Shown here piece after piece: positions 52,646 to 62,995 of a stretch of 64,000 nt of DNA. Under the pieces are notes generated by a model, which saw only the letters and a list, made by a program, of their open reading frames with translations, did not search any database and was not told where the DNA came from. The first letter of the stretch is position 1; every line of letters starts with the position of its first letter. The translations under genes were made by a program, and so were the position numbers. Source of the DNA: Candidatus Poribacteria bacterium (GTDB lineage Bacteria > Poribacteria > WGA-4E > PCPOR2b); NCBI GenBank assembly GCA_965198175.1, contig OZ240245.1, forward strand, positions 1,152,001 to 1,216,000, in the 5' to 3' direction.

Positions 52646-52832
52646 GGACGTTATCCATATCCACCGTCGGTTGGTTGCACGCCGGACGTGCATTGAAAAG
52701 AGTGAAAATCGGTGATTTTATAATTACGGCTCTAACTCGATTGCGCAAGAAAGAAACCGGTCAAGCGGGTGGACGACGAGTGCGCTAGCGTTCCCTTTTC
52801 AAGAAAAAACTCGGTTTCAGAATAGGAGAACT

Positions 52833-53786
52833 ATGTCCAATTTAATTCAGAGCGTCTTTGAAAAGATGAAACGGGAAGCCCAAAAAGTCATCGTTGGGCA
52901 AGAGGAGTTGTTTGAGCTGGTAGTGGTCAGTTTCCTATCCGGTGGACATGTTCTACTAGAAGGCGTCCCCGGCACTGCAAAAACGCTCATTGCGAAAACA
53001 TTGGCGATGGTAGTGTCCGGCGAATTTAGTCGCGTCCAATTCACGCCCGATCTAATGCCGTCCGATATTGTTGGAACTAGCGTTTACGATTTAGCGACGC
53101 ATCAATTCAACCTCAAGCAGGGACCGGTTTTCACCAACGTGTTGCTGGCGGATGAAATCAACCGTGCCCCGGCAAAGACACAATCGGCACTCCTCGAATG
53201 TATGGAGGAGCGGCAGGTCAGCATTGACGGCGTCCGCTACGAGCTATCCACACCCTTTATGGTATTGGCGACACAGAACCCTGTGGAATACGAAGGCACC
53301 TATCCGCTCCCCGAAGCCCAACTAGATCGGTTTCTGGTCAAACTTCGCGTCGATTATCCGGGACGAGAGATGGAGCAACAGGTATTGATCAATTATCACA
53401 ACGGCTTTAGAGCCTCTCAACTCGCGGAGGCCGGCGTTGAAGGGGTCATTGATAAGGATTTACTCCAAGAATGCCAAACAACGATTCAGGCGGTAACGGT
53501 TGAAGAATCTATTTTCGATTATATTGTCCGTTTAGCCGAAGCATCGCGCAGTTCCAATGACCTCATTTTGGGGGGCAGTCCGCGCGCATCGATTTCGCTG
53601 TTGTTGGGGAGCAAAACTTACGCGGCGATGCAAGGGCGGGATTACATCTTGCCGGATGATGTCAAGTGGTTAGCCCCACACGTTTATCGCCATCGGATTA
53701 TTTTGAAACCGGAATCGGAAATTGAAGGGCTATCTGCAGACGATGTGATTGACAGACTGCTCGCTGAGTTGGAAATACCGCGTTAA
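52833..53786 (+). CDS. moxR: MoxR family AAA+ ATPase
   Basis: [64 protein letters not shown]. Confidence 0.93.
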   Translation: MSNLIQSVFEKMKREAQKVIVGQEELFELVVVSFLSGGHVLLEGVPGTAKTLIAKTLAMVVSGEFSRVQFTPDLMPSDIVGTSVYDLATHQFNLKQGPVFTNVLLADEINRAPAKTQSALLECMEERQVSIDGVRYELSTPFMVLATQNPVEYEGTYPLPEAQLDRFLVKLRVDYPGREMEQQVLINYHNGFRASQLAEAGVEGVIDKDLLQECQTTIQAVTVEESIFDYIVRLAEASRSSNDLILGGSPRASISLLLGSKTYAAMQGRDYILPDDVKWLAPHVYRHRIILKPESEIEGLSADDVIDRLLAELEIPR

Positions 53787-53834
53787 TCTGAGTCTCTAGA
53801 GTTCGATTCGTGATTTAGACAGGAGGGAGGTCAC

Positions 53835-55208
53835 GTGATGCGATTGAGTAGAAGACTACTCATCTTCCTACTACCGTCAGCGATCCCTATCATGCTTTTC
53901 AAGGTCTCCCCCAGTCTGTTGTTCGTTGATGCCGCCTATCTGCTGCTACTGTTGGTCATCTGCGTCGTCGATTACCTGAAAACACCGTTATTTACGAGGG
54001 TTGAGGTGAGCCGCGAGATGAACTCCAAGTTTTCGTTGGGGGCGGAAAACGCCGTGACGCTGCGCGTGGTCAACCGTTCTCGTTATCGGTTACAGTTGCG
54101 GCTGAAGGACGATTTTCCTCCAACCTTCCAGTTCGCTCGCGTCATCCACGAGGTTTACGTCGGCGCTGCGACCCAAGAGCTTATAACTTACCAACTCACG
54201 CCATTGCGCCGAGGCGTTTACCATTTTACGGACATCCACGTACAGTGTTCGGGAATTTTAGGGCTGATTATCCGCCAACGTCAGGTCGCGGCGGCGGCGG
54301 AAGTGAAGGTCTATCCTAATCTGCACGCAATCCGACAGTACGAGTTATTGGTCAGGCGCGGGATGCTCAGCCAACTTGGCCTGAAAAACTCGCGGCAATT
54401 TGGCGAGGGAACGGAATTTGAGCGGCTGCGCGATTACGCCCCTGATGATGACCTCCGCCGCATTGACTGGAAGGCGACTTCGAGACGCCAAAAACCGATT
54501 GTGCGCGAATTTGAGACGGAACGGAGTCAAGACGTGGTGATTATGTTGGACGCTGGTCGATTGATGGCATCACCCATTTTGGCGGAACCGCAAGAAGACG
54601 AGACAGAAGGCGCGTCCAGCGCAGAGCCAAGCCAGCAACAAGCGATGATTAAACTCGATTATGCCATCAACACCATCCTTATGACAAGCTACGTCTCAAC
54701 ACTCAAGGGGGACAAAGTGGGATTAATCGCTTTTTCAGACACCGTTCATCGATACCTAGACCCCAAACCAGGAAAAAAGCAGTTCCTCGCCATGCTAGAA
54801 GCCACCTACGCCTTACAGGTTTATCCGGTCGAACCGGATTTCGAGACTGCCTTCAAATACCTGGCATCAAAACAGCGCAAACGGGCTTTGATAATTCTTT
54901 TTACCGACATCTTGGATAAGGACGCGGCAGAAGGGCTTGCCCGCTATGTGGCGAAGCTCGCCAGACACCACCTCATCGCTTGCGTAACTTTGACAGACTC
55001 CAGCATCGTAGCACTCGCCACGCAAAAATTGACGAATTCCAAAATCGTCTACCAAAAGGCGATTGCCGAGAAGTTATTGCAGGAGAAACAGGCGACCTTG
55101 CAAATACTTCGCAGAGGTGGTATCATCGCGCTTGATGTTCCCGCACATCAGTTGACGATGACGGTCGTGAATAAATACTTGGAACTCAAGGCGAAGTCTA
55201 GGATTTAG
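53835..55208 (+). CDS. DUF58 (vWA-like) protein
   Basis: GTEFERLRDY.PDDDLRRIDWKATSR, IMLDAGRLM, GDKVGL. Confidence 0.9.
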   Translation: MMRLSRRLLIFLLPSAIPIMLFKVSPSLLFVDAAYLLLLLVICVVDYLKTPLFTRVEVSREMNSKFSLGAENAVTLRVVNRSRYRLQLRLKDDFPPTFQFARVIHEVYVGAATQELITYQLTPLRRGVYHFTDIHVQCSGILGLIIRQRQVAAAAEVKVYPNLHAIRQYELLVRRGMLSQLGLKNSRQFGEGTEFERLRDYAPDDDLRRIDWKATSRRQKPIVREFETERSQDVVIMLDAGRLMASPILAEPQEDETEGASSAEPSQQQAMIKLDYAINTILMTSYVSTLKGDKVGLIAFSDTVHRYLDPKPGKKQFLAMLEATYALQVYPVEPDFETAFKYLASKQRKRALIILFTDILDKDAAEGLARYVAKLARHHLIACVTLTDSSIVALATQKLTNSKIVYQKAIAEKLLQEKQATLQILRRGGIIALDVPAHQLTMTVVNKYLELKAKSRI

Positions 55209-55431
55209 TACATGCCAGCAGGGCGTTCTTTACCATCGGGACTTACGCAGGGGAACTGATGATTCGATCGCAGTCCAACGCTACGCCTCCAATCCACGGG
55301 CGGATTGGACGACGGACAATACCTCCTGAACCCTATCCCGCAGATATGCCGCTCATCCCGAAGAGCTCAGTTTAGACTCTAACTGCTGTCCCGGTATTGA
55401 TGTAGCAGCTATTCCGACAAAGGAGAAGTAA

Positions 55432-56364
55432 GTGTTTTGAGAGACTATCGATCCATTTGTTCCTGAACAGAGGGCGACACTCTACGTTCCAAAAAACAGG
55501 GGACTGAATGAATATGTGAATAATCTTCTCAGAGTAATCGGTGTCCGAGATGCGGGCGAGTTCGATCGGACAGATCAGACCAAGGGAATGCTCGACATTG
55601 TGTCAGCTCGCGGAGAAGATGTGCCCCAACGTGTTGATGATTGCATCCAACGGGGAGAAGTTGCCTATGGCCTCACTGGAGACGGTCTGTTTGATGAATA
55701 CATGTTGGGCGCTAATAATTCCCTACTTGGAGTTCTAAATACCTATGATTGGTTCGATCCCAGCGCTCAGTTCAACCGACCTGCGCTGTGTCTGTTGAAT
55801 CGAGAAGGGTTGATTCCGGACTCTTCGGCGCCTGTGTCCATTGCCGTGAACAAGAAGTATGAACGGTCATCTTGCCAGTTCCTGTCGCAAAGACTGCAAT
55901 CAAGAGGGATTCGATTCAGTGTCGTTGCCTATTATGCTGGTGACATTGAGAACACTGTGGTGGAAGGCACTCACGACTGGTGTGTTGAGGTCGTATATCG
56001 TGGAGATAAATCACCCGATAGTGCAATATCTAGAACAGGTCTGAAAGTCGCCGAAGTTGTGCGGTTTAGCGACATCTCGTTGATTGGACGGAATATCGTC
56101 AATCCGTGGGAGGAGGAGTATCGCAGAATTGCTGCAGTTGCTAAAAATCCAACTGGTTCGTCTACTTCAAAGCTTTTAGAGGACAGAAACGAGATTTGTA
56201 AGAAAGTAGGCGAGGAATTCGCCGAGTTTGTGAGAGCATTTACCCAAGAGACGGGAATCCCGGAAGAACTAAACGATGTTGTGTATGCCTTGATGGTCGC
56301 AGCGTCGAAACTGCAAGTTCCCTGGGCGGAAATTGAGGCGGACCTGAAATCTAGGTGGAAATAG
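55432..56364 (+). CDS. ATP phosphoribosyltransferase (short HisG-like) fused to phosphoribosyl-ATP pyrophosphatase (HisE-like); in-frame TGA at codon 3 of the likely start
   Basis: HisG-like: LYVPKNRGL, RGEDVP..V, YGLTGDGLF, GDIENTVVEGTHDWCVEVVYRG. HisE-like: SSTSKLL...ICKKVGEE.AE...EELNDVVY. AAGGAG RBS precedes GTG 55432; the ORF track starts at 55516. Confidence 0.7.
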
Positions 56365-56543
56365 CCCGCTTGTCTGTGGATCGATGCGGCAACAAACAGT
56401 GCAGTTTATTCGTACTTTGCCTGTTGGCAACTTCTCGACGAGGTCGGAATTTCAGATGGCGAAAACGATGGCTGTAATGTAAACGTCCAACATTCTGAGT
56501 TAATACATGAGCAATCGTTTCAACTTGGTTATCGACGGTACGA

Positions 56544-57433
56544 TGAAATGCGCCGATGATGTGCGCGCTGTCCTGGTAAAGATGGGGCTTGATACCTCTC
56601 ATCTAGGAACGATCGAGCCGATTCAGGAAAGACATGGTAATCGCCTATTCCGAATTACTCTTGAAGGTTCTTCCTACGTACTGAAGGTATTTGGGAATCC
56701 GGAGCCCTCAAGGGAGGTCGGGGCGTATGCCCTCCTGAGAAATCTTGGTGTTCCTACCCTCCGTACCATTGCGGCAACGAATGATGCGCTTCTTCTTGAA
56801 GATCTTGAAGTCAGTAGAGAATTCCGGCTTGCGCATGTAAACGATGTCGGAAAGCCTGAAGTTGGCGTCGCTCTAGCATTCTGGTATCGGATCCTTCACG
56901 ATGTGGGCTCAAGATTGCGGATGGGCCAGCCTGAGACTTCATTCTTACGGCGTGAAATTGACGAATTGACTCCTGCGTCAATCGTAGATGTTGCCACAAA
57001 GGTCGGTGGCTCGGGTCAGTCCAAGTGGATTACTCTTGCGGACAAGATTGACAGAATTAAAAACGCCGCGATGGCTTCTGCTGAGACGTTAACATACAAT
57101 GACTTTCATTGGACCAATTTGTCATTATCCCGGAAAGAGAAGCCCATCAGAGCAGTTGTGTTTGACTATCATCTTCTGGGCTTGGGATTGCGGTATTCGG
57201 ACTACAGAAACGTGATAGGCTCTCTTGGGCCAAATGCTGCGGTCGCATTCCGTTCTGAATATGGTGAGACCGATCCCAGGGAGAAAATCTTGGACGACTT
57301 GATGGCCCCTTTGTATACTCTTGTCATGGCCTTCCGGCGGTCCAAGTTCCCTTCTTGGGCGGAGCCACATCTAAAACTTGCAAAAACAGGGAAAATTCAC
57401 AACAGGTTTGAACAGGCTATGGAAATTCTGTAG
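56544..57433 (+). CDS. Aminoglycoside phosphotransferase/choline kinase family protein
   Basis: SYVLK, LLLEDL, YNDFHWTN, VVFDY, YSDYRNV. Confidence 0.78.
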
Positions 57434-57512
57434 GGGAAGCTTCGAGATTGGGTGTTCTGAACAAGCTATGTACAACGACTATCTTTAAAGGTAGTCAATC
57501 AAAAGGGGAAAT

Positions 57513-57884
57513 ATGAAATTAGGTGCATTCTCAGTAAGTCTGAATGTCAAAGACATCGAGACTTCAAAATCATTCTATGAGAACCTCGGATTTCAGGTTT
57601 TTGGTGGCGATGTATCCCAGAATTGGCTCATTATGAAAAATGGTAGTTGCACAATTGGATTGTTTCAAGGAATGTTCGATAAGAACATTCTGACTTTCAA
57701 TCCAGGCTGGGATGAAAATGCCACCAAACTTGATTCATTTACTGACGTAAGGGAACTCCAACGGCAGCTTAAGACAAAAGGTATCAAAATAGAGACTGAA
57801 GCGGATGAGGAGACTTCAGGCCCGGCAAGTTTTGTTGTAGTCGATCCGGACGGCAATCCCATTCTTGTCGATCAACACGTATAG
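57513..57884 (+). CDS. VOC/glyoxalase family protein
   Basis: [32 protein letters not shown]. Confidence 0.9.
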   Translation: MKLGAFSVSLNVKDIETSKSFYENLGFQVFGGDVSQNWLIMKNGSCTIGLFQGMFDKNILTFNPGWDENATKLDSFTDVRELQRQLKTKGIKIETEADEETSGPASFVVVDPDGNPILVDQHV

Positions 57885-58029
57885 GATTTTGATACAACCG
57901 TGCGGACAACGGTATATAACGGCGAAGACCAGGTTTCGCGTCGTCCACTAAAATTGTCTTTGATGGCAAGCTCTCGACACCAACTTCAGGTATTCGCGGA
58001 ACGTTAAATACAAGTAAAAGGGGTGAGAG

Positions 58030-58461
58030 CGAGCTTGGAAAACGACTTGGGTTTCAGATGGATGGCGTTGATCTTTCGCTAGGTATGTTGGATGGGGCAA
58101 CCGTCGAATATCGCAACTTTCTGCGGAGATCCAGGCGTTAATCCGATCACACCGCCTCGATATGGTGAAATTTTGTTTCAATCAGGAAATCGGGCTGGTA
58201 ATTCTGGCGGTCAATTCATTTCGCGAACTGAAAACGCCACCGGAACAGAATTCTTGTCTCCGATGCGTCCACAAGTATTTGCGTTCTGGTGTTTTGTTTC
58301 TTTTAACAGAACACCGATTTGATCGCGACAGATTCGCCCCACGCGATTATGTCCCCTGGTCAAGCCCAATTACGCACCCAGTAACAAACGACGTGGTTCA
58401 ACTAATAGCCGTAGCAGGTCTCTCGGAGGATGGCAAGAGAATTAAGGGATTCATGGTGTAA
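58030..58461 (+). pseudogene. Degraded class I SAM-dependent methyltransferase
   Basis: GFQMDGVDLSLGML in one frame (stop near 58141), then DMVKF...VILAVNSFREL....EQ..CL..VHKYLRSG in another frame; no motif I or start codon. Confidence 0.5.
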
Positions 58462-58509
58462 TGAACTCAGCACGATTGAAAGCGCTTTAGATATCAGGAG
58501 GACCGAATC

Positions 58510-59508
58510 TTGAAACTCAAGAAGCAAACAATTACTACACTGGCAGAAATGATCTGCGGTGCATCTGGCCGAGCTGGATTTTTGCGGGGAAACTTTCCCT
58601 ACAGGACGGGCACTGGTCTCACCGAATTCTTCGAAGCCTGTGAATTGGAATTTGTACACGATGGATCGACTAGGAGGTATTGGGTTATGGAGTGCCTCAA
58701 TGAATTGAACGAATTGCCAGCACCCCAGCCACAGCTTCCCTCGCCAGAGATAACTAGAGTCATCAAAGAGCTACTAGACTATGCAGAACTCAAGGAGAAC
58801 GGGAAGGATCCAGATAGCGCACTGGAGGATGTCAATCTCGCACTTGGGCGTGATGGCTTAAGTGCATCCTACGATGACGCAAAGAAATGCGATATCCGAA
58901 ATACAGGAACCCAAATTACCTCGGCACGGAACCCGTTAGAGATGAGGTTGACGCCTAAGGAAATCGAGCGGCGTGCTGAACTCTATCGACACCTTAATGA
59001 AATGAGCGAGGGCCAGATTATTGAGGAGTTTCTGCAGCCACTATTCGCACAGTTGGGTTTTTCTCGAATTTCGATAAGTGGTCACACCGATAAAGCTCTG
59101 GAGTTTGGAAACGACTTCTGGATGAAGTTTCAGCTACCAACTACTCATTACTTGTATTTTTCTGCACAGGTTAAGAAGGGCAAATTGGATTCTACCGCGA
59201 GGAGCCGAAATACCAATATCTCAGAAGTCTTTAATCAGATTCGCATGGTCTTGGATTATCCCATCTGGGATCCAGAAATCAACAAGCGTGTCTTGGTCGA
59301 TCATGTGTTCATTATTGCAGCGGGCGGGATAACGAAGCAAGCAAAGGCCTGGCTGGAGCAAAAACTTGACCGAGAAAGCCTTCGCCGGGTGATCTTCTTT
59401 AATGTAGATGACATGCTCAACCTCGCGGTCGGGATGAAATTCGTCTTCCATCAAGAGAAAGCAGATCAGGGTGAAGAAGTTGAAGATTCCGATGATATTC
59501 CTTTCTAA
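58510..59508 (+). CDS. Putative restriction-endonuclease-fold (Mrr-like) protein with an AbiJ-type N-terminal domain and a C-terminal DDIPF tail
   Basis: AGGAGG RBS with TTG start; LAEMICG...FPYRTG..LTEFF...HDGSTR; E...LF..LGF...EFGND...AQVK nuclease-like motif. Confidence 0.65.
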   Translation: MKLKKQTITTLAEMICGASGRAGFLRGNFPYRTGTGLTEFFEACELEFVHDGSTRRYWVMECLNELNELPAPQPQLPSPEITRVIKELLDYAELKENGKDPDSALEDVNLALGRDGLSASYDDAKKCDIRNTGTQITSARNPLEMRLTPKEIERRAELYRHLNEMSEGQIIEEFLQPLFAQLGFSRISISGHTDKALEFGNDFWMKFQLPTTHYLYFSAQVKKGKLDSTARSRNTNISEVFNQIRMVLDYPIWDPEINKRVLVDHVFIIAAGGITKQAKAWLEQKLDRESLRRVIFFNVDDMLNLAVGMKFVFHQEKADQGEEVEDSDDIPF

Positions 59509-59723
59509 AGTCGACAGTTTATTCATGTAGACGGGACACTGCTCTTCGGCTCTCTAGAGAAAAGTATTAACTTTACCCACGTGGCTTCGACCGTTTTAGA
59601 CTTTGGATATCTACAGACGAAGTACATGGTAATGAAACTGCATCCGAAACTGTGTTGTAAAGAAGGATGATTAACTACATAGGTAAATGCCAGGGGAATC
59701 TCTAGTTGTACGATACATAAGCC

Positions 59724-60281
59724 GTGATAACAGAACCGGATGTCACGATACGTCCATTGCAGCTTAGCGATGCGGAAGCGGTCCAACGCTACGCCGCGGA
59801 TGAGCGCGTAGCCCGAACGACTACGATACCCAATCCCTATCCCGCGGATGGGGGTGAGACGTTTGTCAAGGAGGCAGTTGAAGCGCACGCAAATGGAGAG
59901 GCGTTCTACTTTGCCATCCTTGCTGATGGTGAACTGATTGGCGTGGTCGGTCTTAGAGCGGTCGATCGTGAAGAACGTAGTGTCCGATGTGGCTATGCAA
60001 TTGCTGCGTCCCACTGGGGCAAGGGAATCACTACCAGAGCCATGGCGCTTGCGCTCCGTTACGCATTTTGTGAACTCGGAATGGATATCGTTCGGGCGAG
60101 CTGCTTGAGGCGAAATCCCGCATCAGCGCGTGTGCTCAAAAAGAACGGGTTTCAAGAAACCGGTGAATTTGCCTCTAATATTTCCAAATTCGAGAACGAA
60201 CCATCCCTCGCATTTCAACTGACAAAGCAGGAGTGGCTTGCCAATCATCCTACGGCGTGCAGTGGAGATGATATCTGTTGA
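59724..60281 (+). CDS. GNAT acetyltransferase (RimJ/RimL type)
   Basis: IRPL..SDA, GYAIAASHWGKGITT, NPASARVLKKNGF. Confidence 0.9.
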   Translation: MITEPDVTIRPLQLSDAEAVQRYAADERVARTTTIPNPYPADGGETFVKEAVEAHANGEAFYFAILADGELIGVVGLRAVDREERSVRCGYAIAASHWGKGITTRAMALALRYAFCELGMDIVRASCLRRNPASARVLKKNGFQETGEFASNISKFENEPSLAFQLTKQEWLANHPTACSGDDIC

Positions 60282-60429
60282 TTGAAGCAACGACCACAGC
60301 GACAATTGCTGCTACACCGCATTCGCGCGTCAATCCTTCAGGCAATCTAATTCACCAGATTGGTAATTTGAAATATTGGAACAATAAAATCAAAACCACA
60401 ATGCCACCACTCGAAACGAATTTGACCCT

Positions 60430-60927
60430 ATGCAAAGCCAATTGAACTTGCCCCAAATCCAACCCTTGGAAGAGAAACATCATCCTGGAATTCTCGCAGT
60501 TGCAGAGAACCTACCTGAATGGTTTGACGAGACTGCGAGAACCAAATCAATCCCCATTGACATACGACATCAGGATGGATTTGTCGCAGTTTTTGGACAA
60601 AGGGTCGTGGGATTCTTGACACTATACGTGGCAGAGGGTCGGCTTCACATCGGGTGGCTTGGTGTCGCTAGGGAATTTCATGAGCAGGGCATTGGCACTA
60701 GGCTTCTTGCAGCCGCGGAAATAAAGGCGCGAGATTTGAGAATAGATGAACTGGCAACGTATACCCTCGGAGACAGTGTAGATTACGAACCCTATGATAG
60801 AACGAGAAACTTCTATTGGAAGCACGGATTCAACGTATACAAGCGAGCTAAAACAGATAATCCGGGCTGTGAGGAAGAAATCTGGATTTCAAAGCGTGTA
60901 AAACAGGTGGAAATTCGGGACGCCTGA
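60430..60927 (+). CDS. GNAT acetyltransferase
   Basis: LPEWF, LGVAREFHEQGIGTRLL, YDRTRNFYWKHGF. Confidence 0.88.
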   Translation: MQSQLNLPQIQPLEEKHHPGILAVAENLPEWFDETARTKSIPIDIRHQDGFVAVFGQRVVGFLTLYVAEGRLHIGWLGVAREFHEQGIGTRLLAAAEIKARDLRIDELATYTLGDSVDYEPYDRTRNFYWKHGFNVYKRAKTDNPGCEEEIWISKRVKQVEIRDA

Positions 60928-60955
60928 TTAAGTGCTTTCTCTACGAGGCGCAAAG

Positions 60956-61402
60956 ATGTCTGACAAATTCAAGCTGATCGCAACCGTCCATATTTTTCTA
61001 ACGAACAGCGACAATGAGATCCTGCTTTTGAGGCGATTCAACACTGGCTATGAGGATGGCAATTACAGCGTGATTGCCGGGCACATCGACGGTAACGAGG
61101 AGGTCAAGGCAGCGGCAGTCCGAGAAGCGAAGGAAGAGGCGGGAATTGAGATTCAGCCATCGGACATCGAAGTGGTCGGGGTTATGCACAGGAAGGGTGA
61201 GGATGAACGTGTGGATTTCTTTCTTGCCGCCTCCAGGTGGAACGGAAACATCGTTAACGCAGAGCTAGACAAATGTGATGATCTATCCTGGCGTTCCGTC
61301 CACGATTTACCCGCCAATATGGTGCCTTACGTTAGGCGGGCACTCGAAAACTATGGGAAGGGCAAATTTTTTGACAGTGTCGGTTGGGAAAGACAAAAAT
61401 GA
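60956..61402 (+). CDS. NUDIX hydrolase
   Basis: Nudix box GHIDGNEEVKAAAVREAKEEAGI; LLRRFNTGYEDG. Confidence 0.92.
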   Translation: MSDKFKLIATVHIFLTNSDNEILLLRRFNTGYEDGNYSVIAGHIDGNEEVKAAAVREAKEEAGIEIQPSDIEVVGVMHRKGEDERVDFFLAASRWNGNIVNAELDKCDDLSWRSVHDLPANMVPYVRRALENYGKGKFFDSVGWERQK

Positions 61403-61551
61403 CGTTCAGTTAGTTGCCAGGCGGCTAACACGACCGCGCGGGTTGGCTCTTCCAAACCTTTGCCCAACTACCTACGGTAGTTTGTATACGTTGAGAACGT
61501 GGGATGACATAGATTGGAACAGATTATTTACTGTAACAGGAAGTGTAAGAC

Positions 61552-62325
61552 ATGGGCCTTAATCAAGTCGATATAGAGCGATTTCATACCGCTGGTCTTG
61601 TGACTTTGTCGCCGGATTTTCCTCGCGGGTGGCTCAAAGCTGCAAATGATGCTATCGAGGCGCTGGACGATGCCAATTTTAGCCCCGAAAGCGGGAGAGG
61701 TTTAGCCGGCTGGTATATGGCTAGCATCCTGCAACCTGAGTTACTGAGACTCGTCTACGATACATTTTTCGAAGATGTCGCCAAGAATATCTTGCGTGCC
61801 GATGCAGTCGAATTAGGACTGGTTTCTTTGCGGGTCACGAAGCCTAGACCCAACGCGCTAACAGCACTCGAACCGCAACACGTTGATTTCAAGTGTGGAA
61901 CAGCTTCTTACGAAAGCATACCCGTTGCGATGCCCTGTAGCTTTTTCGTGTGGCTGACTGATGTTCAGGCAGACAACTGCCCCCTATACTATCGCCCCGG
62001 CAGTCACTTGCAAGTGATACGGTATATGGACAGTTATCCGGACGACAATAATCATGAAATCCAGCAAGTGCCGCCCGATCTCCAGTACGCCGACCCCGTT
62101 CCAGTTTTTGCGGAAGCAGGACAGGCTTCCCTGCTGTCAGGCACGCTTGTCCACGGCGGATCGGTGACACCAGGGCATTGGGAGCGTAGACTTCTGGTGG
62201 TTGAGTTCAGTGCGAAAGGCACCGAATTCCCATTGTATCCTCAGTTAGAGAAACAGATCAGAAGACATTTACAGGCATTGAAGAATCACCTGCCATCTGA
62301 CAGACTCCATCTTCTTCCTGAATGA
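61552..62325 (+). CDS. PhyH family Fe(II)/2OG oxygenase
   Basis: QHVD, WLTDV...NCPL..RPGSH, AGQA......VHGG, RR. Confidence 0.85.
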   Translation: MGLNQVDIERFHTAGLVTLSPDFPRGWLKAANDAIEALDDANFSPESGRGLAGWYMASILQPELLRLVYDTFFEDVAKNILRADAVELGLVSLRVTKPRPNALTALEPQHVDFKCGTASYESIPVAMPCSFFVWLTDVQADNCPLYYRPGSHLQVIRYMDSYPDDNNHEIQQVPPDLQYADPVPVFAEAGQASLLSGTLVHGGSVTPGHWERRLLVVEFSAKGTEFPLYPQLEKQIRRHLQALKNHLPSDRLHLLPE

Positions 62326-62378
62326 GCCAAGTAGGGATATATATTCTTCCGCAGCACCGAAATTCTTACGACATCAAG

Positions 62379-62822
62379 ATGACGATTGACAATCATAATT
62401 GTGTTTTTTGCAGAATAATCCGCGGTGAGAGGGATTCTGCAATCATACATGAGGACGATTCGACCTTGGCATTTTTGGATCCTCGCCAAAGCCACGAGGG
62501 GCACGTTTTGGTTATTCCAAAAATTCATTACGAGCAAATCTATGACCTAGACAATGACACCGCGTCGTCTCTTGCCCAAACGGTGAGGAACGTAGCCCGT
62601 GCCGTACGTCACGTTTACGAACCGGAGGGCTTGTCTATTTGGCAGTCGAATGGTACGGCTGCATTTCAGGAAGTGCCTCATGTTCATTGGCACGTGTTCC
62701 CGCGATATTTGAACGATGGCCATCTTGCGGTATATCCTATGCGTGTTGTGAACCGACCGATAGAGTTTTTAAAGGGTATTTCTGGTCCCTTGATGGAAGC
62801 ACTCAAGAATGACATCGTATAA
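62379..62822 (+). CDS. HIT family nucleotide hydrolase
   Basis: CVFCRII, GHVLVIPKIH, QEVPHVHWHVFPR. Confidence 0.92.
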   Translation: MTIDNHNCVFCRIIRGERDSAIIHEDDSTLAFLDPRQSHEGHVLVIPKIHYEQIYDLDNDTASSLAQTVRNVARAVRHVYEPEGLSIWQSNGTAAFQEVPHVHWHVFPRYLNDGHLAVYPMRVVNRPIEFLKGISGPLMEALKNDIV

Positions 62823-62915
62823 CATCCCGGTTTGGTGCTATGTCCTTGGTGCGGATTTGTCCTTCGGACAATCACTCGACACACTCTGAATTTGCTAACC
62901 GACAACACGTTAACC
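62817..62915 (+). other. Degenerate attC-like site after the HIT gene
   Basis: GTATAAC (contains the stop codon), then CGGTT ... central TTGTCC-TTC-GGACAA hairpin ... AACCG, then GTTAACC. Confidence 0.4.
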
Positions 62916-62995
62916 AACAGTACCTTGATTCCAAGTTGAATTGGCGCTTTTTCCCTTGAAGACGATTCAAATCTCCCTACACATGGAGAATAGAT

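Noticed and set aside
55239..55249. GGACTTACGCA, resembling an IS4/MITE terminal repeat, at the start of the accessory array
   Set aside because: Only one end was found, with no partner repeat or transposase in the window.
55438..55440. Alternative genetic code or selenocysteine for the in-frame TGA
   Set aside because: Many genes here end normally in TGA, the position is not catalytic, and no SECIS-like hairpin is evident.
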